A stretch of DNA of 63,628 bases, counting the filler, from Sanchytrium tribonematis (taxonomy: Eukaryota): the NCBI GenBank assembly GCA_018985235.1. It is 10 parts of 10 records of this genome, joined end to end, with 100 filler letters (N's around TTAATTAATTAA, not from the genome) between each part and the next. Parts side by side here need not be neighbours in the genome. Positions count along the whole stretch, not along the records: positions 55,084 to 59,309 come from JADGIG010000747.1; positions 59,410 to 63,628 come from JADGIG010000748.1; 8 more parts are not named here. The stretch is one strand, 5' to 3'. Below the pieces are notes generated by a model. The model made no database searches and was not told where the DNA came from. It worked only from the letters and a program-made list of their open reading frames with translations. How positions within the stretch are numbered: the stretch's first letter is position 1; each line of letters begins with the position of its first letter. The position numbers and the translations under genes were made by a program. This document shows, one piece after another, positions 55,167 through 63,628 of this stretch.

Positions 55167-55805
55167 CTATTTATTTTGACCGGTGTAAATTTGATTTAAA
55201 TCAGACTGTAACATCAAATATTGGAAATCAAAAATTTGCCATTCTGGAATAGAATCTAAACCCTCTTCAAATGATGCATAATAAGGTGAATTAAAACTTA
55301 ATATCATTTCATGATTTTTAATAGTTGTAGAATCCATTTTAGTAAATGCTTTGATGCCTACATCTATAATTAATTGAAATCCATCTGCTAAATTCATATA
55401 TTGACCATTTTTATGTAGATTGAATGCGGCATTCATGGATTGTTTTGAATTGTAGCTTAACATGGTGAAATGGACTGGATCAATGACGATATTTTGATTT
55501 TTAGTAAATCCGATTGGATGTCCTAATTTGAATCTCACATTATGGATATATACATCTTGTAGGTGTTGAATAGTGATATTAAATGGTGTGTATGATTTGA
55601 TTGAGTTTGTGAACATGGATGGGGGATCATTGGATAAAATAGATGGGATATATTTGATGCAGCCATTTAAGAACTCATTTGGGTAATAATTACCTAGAGT
55701 GGCATTTAATAAAGTGTATTCTAGTGCTTTATGGAAGATTCTTTGTTTTAAATAGGTTATAAAATGGACAGATGGAAATTGGACGGGTTTTAGAAATTGT
55801 TTCAT
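55167..55805 (-). CDS. Hypothetical protein
   Basis: 212-aa ATG ORF, no recognised family. Confidence 0.55.
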   Translation of the reverse strand: MKQFLKPVQFPSVHFITYLKQRIFHKALEYTLLNATLGNYYPNEFLNGCIKYIPSILSNDPPSMFTNSIKSYTPFNITIQHLQDVYIHNVRFKLGHPIGFTKNQNIVIDPVHFTMLSYNSKQSMNAAFNLHKNGQYMNLADGFQLIIDVGIKAFTKMDSTTIKNHEMILSFNSPYYASFEEGLDSIPEWQIFDFQYLMLQSDLNQIYTGQNK

Positions 55806-55977
55806 GATTTATTTTTTATTGTTGCTGGTAAAAAATGAAATCATCTCTTTTGCTGTTGAATACTTGACAGTGACACATGATTATATATGATGTGGGTTGA
55901 TTATATATGGTATATATCGCCATTCAATGGCTTATCATTAACATCAAAGGTGGTAAAATGCCAAATTGGCGACACAT

Positions 55978-56211
55978 CTAAATATAATTAGCCATGAGCC
56001 ACATGATAGATGGATAGACCATATTAGAATTGGATAATTTATATGCTTTGACGTTGCGTACGATGCTATGCGTAATTTTGGATTTTGAAAATGATTTGTC
56101 GGGGATATTTTGAGTCGAATTGCTATTAGATGGCGTATTAGATGGTATAGATGTATTTTGAGATATGTGGGTAGTATGAATTAATGCCAACACGCATGCA
56201 AGTGACAACAT
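55978..56211 (-). CDS. Very small secreted Ser/Asn-rich peptide
   Basis: Signal-like N-terminus, 77 aa. Confidence 0.4.
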   Translation of the reverse strand: MLSLACVLALIHTTHISQNTSIPSNTPSNSNSTQNIPDKSFSKSKITHSIVRNVKAYKLSNSNMVYPSIMWLMANYI

Positions 56212-56347
56212 GGGTCATGGTGTGTGAATGGTTTATAAAGATTAAAAATATACTGTGATTTGCGCAAGAAATGAGGCAAGCCATTTATCATTTACCGGAT
56301 ATTACATTGTTAAACTGAAATGATTGCTGTTGAATGACGTGTATTTA

Positions 56348-56822
56348 CTAGTTGAGAATAAAATCTATAGATCCCAAATGCATTTGCCTGTGTTCTGCAA
56401 CTAAAATATCGAGCCCATTTACTTTTACTGTTTTGATTTTCATAGGTTCTTTATGGAATGATTTAATGTGCTTATTTAAATCAAATCTACGTTAGTTAAA
56501 AGTACCTCCATTTAAATTTGACTTTACAGGGCAGACAAATAGCATCTATGATGTTGAAATGTTTTTTGGAGTGATTTCCCATATTATTGCTGCCTTTGAC
56601 TTGATGATAACAATTATTCCATAAACAGATTCCCAGCCGTCTTACCTGATGGTCTCTGCGCACATGTTGAAAGCATTCGGCATCATTATTAAATATTCTG
56701 TTACATTTCAAATTATTGCTGGTCCACAAACAAATTGATTTCATACTGGTAGGGACTAGACTAGTGAGGATATCGTGTTCATTCGATGAGTCTTGGGGGT
56801 CGATGGACTCGATTTGATGCAT
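56348..56822 (-). CDS. Three-finger C2H2 protein of PacC/Gli-like architecture, 2 exons (56822-56506, 56486-56348)
   Basis: C.W....C..H..DH and C.W..C..H...H. The intron completes finger 3 as CLPCKVKFKWR^FDLNKHIKSFH. Confidence 0.85.
56487..56505 (-). other. 19-nt intron GTACTTTTAACTAACGTAG (phase 2)
   Basis: Canonical ACTAAC branch sequence; excision supplies both His ligands of the finger. Confidence 0.93.
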
Positions 56823-56859
56823 TTGGCCTATTTGAAGCGACGTGGGAAATATTTAACAT

Positions 56860-57255
56860 TTATTCAAAAATAACCGAGATAGCTGGTGATTTACTACATT
56901 CACTTGATTTCCTATGTGATTTAATGGGATTTGAAATGTTTAATTTAAGTGGTTCATTGATTTCTAAAATAGATTCTTTAAAATCTTTAATTTCTTGTAA
57001 TTCTTGTGAATTAGACATACTAGAGTGATTCGATTGATTTGTAGCATTAGATTGACTATTTTTCATCATTTCAAATTTGATTTTCTCATTTCTAGTCAGG
57101 ATATAAAAGAAAATTGATATTCCAAGATTTAAAATGGATAAAATCGTAAAATAAATGTATTTAACATTATCAAAGTAATTTAATAAGAATAATATGGCCA
57201 CCCATGTAAAGTAAAATACTTCAAATACTAGATATTGATAAAATCTGAATCCCAT
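56860..57255 (-). CDS. Two-TM hypothetical protein
   Basis: 131-aa ATG ORF with a hydrophobic N-terminal half. Confidence 0.5.
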   Translation of the reverse strand: MGFRFYQYLVFEVFYFTWVAILFLLNYFDNVKYIYFTILSILNLGISIFFYILTRNEKIKFEMMKNSQSNATNQSNHSSMSNSQELQEIKDFKESILEINEPLKLNISNPIKSHRKSSECSKSPAISVIFE

Positions 57256-57292
57256 TTGAAATTTGACCGATTTTTCAAATTTTCATCACAAA

Positions 57293-57814
57293 TTAGAATA
57301 TAGTTTGATATTGCTTCTCAACAAACAATTGCATGGTAAAGAATAACAATGTGGATATTTTTGGATCTATGAAAGTAATTAATTGTCTTTTTGGAGTAAA
57401 CCAACCAGAAATCATGAAATTTGCAATTTCTCGTTTCTCGTGATTAATGAGTTTATAAAAATGGATATCATCATTTTTGCGCTTAATTTTATATGGTATA
57501 TCATGTATTGTAGCCGTGTATTTTGATTTTAAGAGTGTAGAATGATTCTTCATTTCTCCAATAACCTCATTTTCGTGATAAATCTCAATTTCTTTGCCAT
57601 TTTCACTCATTTTTAATTTATAAATACGATGCCTATTTAAATAAATGCTACTAGATGCACAGTCCATGGTATATTCGCATTCTTCATTCTTTAATATGAT
57701 TCTTCTATATTTTAATCCGTGATAATGTAATTCTAATGCAACTGGGATATCACTCGTCATTTGTGATTGTCTCGATTTGGAGTGAAATGATTTAAATGGA
57801 CGCATGCTTCCCAT
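57293..57814 (-). CDS. Hypothetical protein, possibly Tubby-C/LURP-like fold
   Basis: Beta-strand pattern followed by a hydrophobic terminal helix. Confidence 0.45.
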   Translation of the reverse strand: MGSMRPFKSFHSKSRQSQMTSDIPVALELHYHGLKYRRIILKNEECEYTMDCASSSIYLNRHRIYKLKMSENGKEIEIYHENEVIGEMKNHSTLLKSKYTATIHDIPYKIKRKNDDIHFYKLINHEKREIANFMISGWFTPKRQLITFIDPKISTLLFFTMQLFVEKQYQTIF

Positions 57815-57902
57815 CGGATCGAAAATAGTTCAATCGCACAAAAACACGTGTTTTTTCTCCTTTCAAAAATCATCGACGCATCTGCCATTTTTAGTCAATT
57901 AT

Positions 57903-58304
57903 TTACTCAGTGGGATCTTTTAAAGCTATTTCTATAAATCCTGGCAATATTGAAAATGTTTGAGGTATATCTGGCATGGGCCACTTGATCTTGCAATTCC
58001 ATCCATCTTGCTCTAAATTATAAACTTTGGACGTCTGATCAAGATATATCATATTTATCAACTCAGGAGCACATCTGGTTCTTCGTATAATCATATTATT
58101 GAGTAATGGTGTTGTTTTGTACGTCTTTAATGTAAATTGATGCTTTGAATATCGTAATTCTGCAAAATGGGTGATTCCATTTATCGTAGACTGTAGTATT
58201 TCATGTTCACCTAATTTTAATTGAATTTCCTTGAATGGCAGTCCATTTTTGTCGCAATTGACTGTGATTTGAAATATTGCAAAAAGATGCGTGATCAACA
58301 TCAT
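57903..58304 (-). CDS. Small, probably secreted hypothetical protein
   Basis: MMLITHLFAIF start within ORF 57903-58331. Confidence 0.5.
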   Translation of the reverse strand: MMLITHLFAIFQITVNCDKNGLPFKEIQLKLGEHEILQSTINGITHFAELRYSKHQFTLKTYKTTPLLNNMIIRRTRCAPELINMIYLDQTSKVYNLEQDGWNCKIKWPMPDIPQTFSILPGFIEIALKDPTE

Positions 58305-58398
58305 TTCAAAAGGGGAAGTGATCAAGTTCAAAGATTCAAAATGACACCATAAGTCGCAATTTGATCACGTCATTTGCAATAATTTATTGATTGTTGCC

Positions 58399-59004
58399 TC
58401 AAACATGAATATAATCTGCATTGGATCCCCTTTTCTTAAATTCTTTATAAATCCCTTTTTTACATCCATTCCAACTATAAAGTGGATTGCATTTGGTTGT
58501 CACACTATCATGCCTATATCTATAACAAGATCCAGACGTAGTACCTGGTTTCATTTCGCAATACGGTGCAACATGAGAGCAAACAGATTTACGAGTAATT
58601 CCTCCCAATTTGTAATCCCCACAATATTCTCTTTTACACTCTGGATGTGCACTGAATAATGGATCACATTTTGATTTGGAATCTATGTCACTTTTGCAAA
58701 ATCCCAAATATCCCGTCAAACCTTCCCCATCAGCTTTGACGCAATACGGTGTTGAATGTGGACAAAAGATTCCTAAACCCTCATCCCCTCTTACCCATCC
58801 ACAAACGGTATCTGCACTCAGAAATATATCTCGTGGTTCACAACTTCCAGGAGAACTGTAAAAATATTGACAGCCTTTTTTCCCATTTGGATCTGTGGAA
58901 CAAGTATCATCAGAATTACAGTACTCGTTGGCACCAGTGCATTTTTGGTCTAATCCCCATCCACAATTCGGTCGAGAAAATGCCAGTGTCATCAAAATCA
59001 TCAT
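58399..59004 (-). CDS. Secreted Cys-rich protein with three hevein/CBM18-like repeats
   Basis: Three units of CG(W/D)...C....YC.....C......C..(F/Y)S...C. Confidence 0.6.
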   Translation of the reverse strand: MMILMTLAFSRPNCGWGLDQKCTGANEYCNSDDTCSTDPNGKKGCQYFYSSPGSCEPRDIFLSADTVCGWVRGDEGLGIFCPHSTPYCVKADGEGLTGYLGFCKSDIDSKSKCDPLFSAHPECKREYCGDYKLGGITRKSVCSHVAPYCEMKPGTTSGSCYRYRHDSVTTKCNPLYSWNGCKKGIYKEFKKRGSNADYIHV

Positions 59005-59197
59005 TTGTTATTTGGGGTGGTTTTGCAGTTTTGTATGAATGCAAGTCATTTGATTGCTAGACGTCGTATTTGATTGGTTAAATTCAAATGAATTTGGTTG
59101 CATGCGTTTGTCCAAAAATTGATTACCTTTGAAATCGACTCGTTTATTTTATTTTTCAAAACAATGCTTCAACATTAAAATTACCCATTTTTTAAAA

Positions 59198-59309
59198 ATG
59201 TACGCGCTATTCTCGACCATTTTAATTTCCATCTCTGTAGATTGTCCCATCATCATCCAAATGGGATTAGATATGGATATCAAATACACCAATACAGCTT
59301 ATCAAGTGC
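59198..59309 (+). CDS. N-terminal fragment of a secreted protein (3' partial)
   Basis: MYALFSTILISISVDCPIII; open to the gap. Confidence 0.4.
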
Positions 59310-59409
59310 NNNNNNNNNNNNNNNNNNNNNNNNNNNNNNNNNNNNNNNNNNNNTTAATTAATTAANNNNNNNNNNNNNNNNNNNNNNNNNNNNNNNNNNN
59401 NNNNNNNNN

Positions 59410-60095
59410 CATCATCAGAGAAAAAAAGTCAGACTCCATCTATTCTGGGGTCGGTAAAGAAACTTATCAACAACGTTACTCGCATGGACACTGAAGTTCA
59501 AGAAGCATCGAAACCAGAGAAATTAAATGTGTACGATATTGTAACACAGAAGAAAGGCAGCAACGCTTCTCTCAGTGAACTTGGCAAGGAAGTGAAGAAA
59601 GTTTTTGATTCGCCAAAGGATACCGAAGAAATACAAAGACATGATTTATTAATTATTATAGAATCTATTTTCACTATCCTAGATTCGGTACTTGCAAACG
59701 ACAGCTCTACAATGTGGATACAGAAACAGCTCATTGGCGTCTTGAAAACCATAGCCAGAACACAACTGAATCTAATTTATGACTCCTACGTAGAGTTTTT
59801 AAAAACAAACTTTTCTGAAATGAGCATCAAATCAGTCATCGATTCATTACATCAAGTCATTTATCAAGCTGGTACCGGCGAACAACCGTCTGATGACGAT
59901 AGAAAAGCTTCTAAAGAACTTGCTAATAAGCTGCTATTAAATATAGAAATACCAGACTCATACCTTACCATCATTGGGAAATACCAAATTGTTTATGGAT
60001 TGCAAAAAGTTTTTGACTCTCTTCAAGAAAAAGATTGTAATCGATACTTAATTTTGAACGCGTTTGACATCATCTCTAAAAATTGGGTGGAATAA
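59410..60095 (+). CDS. Sorting nexin C-terminal (Nexin_C; Mdm1/SNX13-like), 5' partial
   Basis: WIQKQL...IIGK....GLQKVFDSLQ....NRYLI...FDII. Confidence 0.75.
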
Positions 60096-60204
60096 ATAAA
60101 TTGAATATTCTACAAGTCTAAACGATTGACTCGCATTATATTATGGTCCGTATAGTAATTCGGTTATTTTTTTTGTATTCTGAAACACTCGAAAAACATT
60201 TTAT

Positions 60205-63200
60205 ATGAGTAGAAAAGCAGTTTATACCGCCGACGAAAAAAGACCAGGTGTGGACGATATGACCTTACTCACAAATCTTACAAATGATGAGATCGTGAAG
60301 AATTTGCAAACAAGATTTCAATCCGGCGTCATTTATTGTTACATCGGGTTCGTGTTGATCGCAGTTAATCCATTTAGGGATCCTGGGGTATACACGCCAG
60401 AAATTCTTAATTCTTACAGAGGAAGAATTAGAATTGAAATGGCACCTCATGTCTACGCTATCGCTGAATATATGTACAAACAAATGATACAATTTCGAGC
60501 AAACCAGTGTTCAATCATAAGTGGTGAGAGTGGGGCAGGCAAGACCGAAAGTGCTAAAAGAATTTTGCAATACATTGCAGAGGTTTCGATTAAAAATACA
60601 AACGACACAAAAATGACACATTTGAAAGACATGATTTTGGCAACAAATCCTTTACTTGAGGCATTTGGAAATGCCAAAACTTTAAGAAATAATAACTCTA
60701 GTAGATTTGGAAAATATTTGAATATAGTGTTTGATTTACGAGGTTTGCCGATTGGTAGCATCATAACGAATTACTTACTGGAGAAGGGAAGAGTCGTTCA
60801 ACAAACTAAGGAAGAGAGAAATTTTCACATATTTTATCAATTTTGCAAGGGTGCAACTGCTCAATATAAGCAAGACTTCGGAATTGCTGGTCCAGAATGT
60901 TATGTTTACACTATGACTTGCACGGACATCGCCCATGTCGATGATTCAAAAGATTTTAAGGAGGTTGTAGATGCTATGAAAATTATAGGTATTCCGTCCA
61001 CGGATCAATACGACGTGTTCAGAATTTTGGCAGCAATTTTATGGATTGGAAATTGTCAATACAGAGAAAATGACAAAGGAGAAGCCACAATTCCAGATGA
61101 AAGTGCATTGCAATCAGTTGCGTATTTACTACAAGTGGATCAGAACACGTTAAAAATTGCCTTAACTACCAAACTAGTTGTTACAAGTCAAGGTTCTAGG
61201 ACCTCCTTTTACTATTCCCCATTAAATTTCACACAAGCTACTGCTGTTCGGGATGCATTAGCTATGTCTTTATACTCAAGACTGTTCGATTGGATTGTAG
61301 TACGGTTAAACGAAGCTTTAAAACCAATTGGCGATATAGAAACGTCAATTGGAATTCTTGATATTTACGGTTTCGAAATTTTCGAAAAAAATAGTTTTGA
61401 ACAGCTATGTATCAATTATGTCAATGAAAAATTACAACAAATATTTATTGAGCTTACTTTAAAAGCTGAACAAGAAGACTATACGAATGAAGGTATACAA
61501 TGGACTCCGATTAAATATTTTGACAACAAAATTGTATGTGATCTAATTGAGGAGAAAATTCCTGCTGGCGTATTTGCTGTATTAAATGATAGTGTTGCTA
61601 CCGCTCATGCAGACAGCGAAGCCGCTGATAAAAGTTGTGGAGATAGATTGAGAAACATTTCCAATCCACATTTTCAGCACCGGGGAATCAAATTTGTAAT
61701 TAATCATTACGCTGGTGATGTCACCTACGACTTGACAGGTATAACAGACAAGAACAAAGACACTATGAATAAGGATCTATTAGAAATGTTAAAGTCCAGT
61801 CCAAATAGCTTGATACAAAGAATATTCCCTGAGGAAGTTGATAGGGACAATCGAAAACGTCCATCGACAGCCAGCGATAAAATTAAAAATTCAGCCCAAT
61901 CTTTAGTAACAACACTCAAAGGTTGCGAGCCAAGCTACATACGGTGTTTAAAACCAAATGCCAATAAAAGTCCAAAAGAGTTTGACAATAAGATGATGAA
62001 TCATCAAGTGGTATATCTTGGGCTTTTGGAAAACATTAAAGTCCGTCGTGCTGGGTTCGCGTATCGTCAGACCTTTGAGATATTTATAGATAGGTTCTAC
62101 TTATTGACTCCAAGAACAAGCAAAGGAGGAGATCTTATCTGGAGAGGATCGAAAAAAGATGGTTGCAAAGCTATATTACAGGATACTGGAATTGCAGAGT
62201 CAGAATGGCAGCTGGGTATTACCAAAGCTTTTATTAAAAAACCCGAAACTTTATTTACTTTGGAGAGTATGAGAGACAAATTTTGGCATAGAATGGCGTT
62301 CAGAATACAAAAACAATGGAAAAAATACATTGCTTTAAAAAAAGAGAGTGTCATTAAAATTCAAAGATATTGGAGAACATATAAGGGTTACGGGGGCTAT
62401 GACGACAAGCGGAAAATTGGGCACCAGTTGGTAACAGGCAAAAAAGAGAGAAGCAGATTGAGTATTCTCTACTATCGAAAATTTCACGGCGACTATTTGA
62501 ATGTGAATGGAGAAAATGGTGATTTTTTCAAAGATCCAGCCCAGATGGAGCCGATGGAGGTATGCACTTTCAGCGCAAGAATATTTATTTTGGTTCAAAG
62601 GATGCTAAGAAGTGATAAACTCAGTATAAGATATATGGTCATGACAAAATCGCATCTATCTCTAATTCAAATTAAAGAAGAAGGTTCGGACATTGTCCCT
62701 TATCTTTACAGAAAAATCGCTCTGGCAAATTTGAAAGGCATTACAATGTCAAAATATGTTGACGATATTATTGTGCTTCAATTTGAAAAGGAAGATGATT
62801 TAGTAATTTCATCCCTTTTAAAAACGGAAATTGCCACACTTCTTAGTCGATTGTTTAAAGTCTCTATTACTTTTATTGAGGAGCGAATTGTTGTACTTGA
62901 TAAAAAGGAAAAGGTTTTAAGTAAGATAAAGTATCAATACCAAGAAGATTTCAAAGGTTGGCTTTTCAAAAAGGGAAACATCACAGTTGGCAAAGGGCTT
63001 GATCCTACTACAAGTATTATTTTTTAACTTAGAAATCAACAATCCGCCTAAAACTCTTCAATCTGCTAAAGTGATTCCCAAGAAACCACCCGTTCGAAAA
63101 ACCAGTACAGGTCCAGTCCAACCTCAAAAGCAAAATATTGCATTACCTGCACCTAAGCAACAAAGTATTTTACCTACTCCTTCGCCTGTACAATCGCCTC

Positions 63201-63628
63201 CGATTGTAGCGAACCCGAAAAATTGTTATAAAGTTATTTACGAATATAAGGCATCTGGTGCTAATCAAATTTCCATCAAGGCTGGTGAAATGATAGAAAT
63301 TGTTAAGGAAGGAGATCCTGGTGGTTGGTGGTTGGGCAAAAAGGCATCCGGAGAGGAAGGTTGGGTGCCTTCTGCCTATATAGAAAAGGTGAAGTCTGAA
63401 CCTTTAGCCCCTCCTCCGACCATGCCACCTCAAAATGTCATCAACAATAATTTTCCATCCGCGATGAGGCAAAACGATAATGTGAATCCAAAAATACAGT
63501 CTCCGATTCAATCAATTAGACCAAACATTCCACAAGCCTCAAATCAAAATGAAAATAAGTTTCAGATGCCAATTCAGCCAGTTAGACCTAGTATACCTCA
63601 AGCAGTTAATCAAAATGAGAATTTAAAT
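60205..63628 (+). CDS. MYO1: Class I myosin (motor, IQ, TH1, Pro-rich, SH3), 2 exons (60205-63013, 63033-end), 3' partial
   Basis: GESGAGKT, NNNSSRFGK, DIYGFE. Exon 2 encodes SH3 YKVIYEY...GGWW...EGWVPSAYI. Confidence 0.95.
63014..63032 (+). other. 19-nt intron GTATTATTTTTTAACTTAG (phase 1)
   Basis: Contains the TAA that ends the ORF; excision brings the SH3 domain into frame. Confidence 0.9.

Noticed and set aside
55978..56002. Possible 25-nt intron GTGGCTC...TTTAG at the end of the 77-aa ORF
   Set aside because: It does not match the consensus (GTG donor, no A at -6) and there is no protein evidence.
24442..59409. Regularly spaced TTAATTAATTAA palindromes as a biological repeat or CRISPR-like array
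   Set aside because: Always centred in 88 Ns, so it is a concatenation linker. Gene neighbourhoods across linkers are meaningless.

Overview
Eukaryotic, AT-rich and extremely gene-dense DNA, most consistent with an early-diverging (zoosporic-lineage) fungus or close relative. This taxonomy is inferred from gene content: a dynein-2-type heavy chain, PH-domain AKT, TMEM94, Cch1-like channel, fungal-type myosin I and Mtf1. The window is not contiguous. It is 10 contigs joined by artificial N44-TTAATTAATTAA-N44 spacers: one piece of at least 24.4 kb and nine of 4.2-4.3 kb. The main result is a tiny-intron system. Ten apparent frameshifts or truncations in host genes are each repaired exactly by an ultra-short GT-AG intron, nine of 19 nt and one of 20 nt. 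All ten fit GTA-N7/8-YTNAYNTAG, with an invariant putative branch A six nt from the 3' end. Other highlights: a strongly shrunken dynein-2-like heavy chain missed by the ORF track, tandem bacterial-type MscL genes that differ by one tiny intron, intergenic spacers of 1-36 bp, a Crypton-like (Ndc10/GCR1_C) ORF, a decayed Ty3/Gypsy element next to a phased CCAAT array, and several orphan secreted proteins. Introns are inferred from reading-frame and motif restoration only, without transcript evidence.
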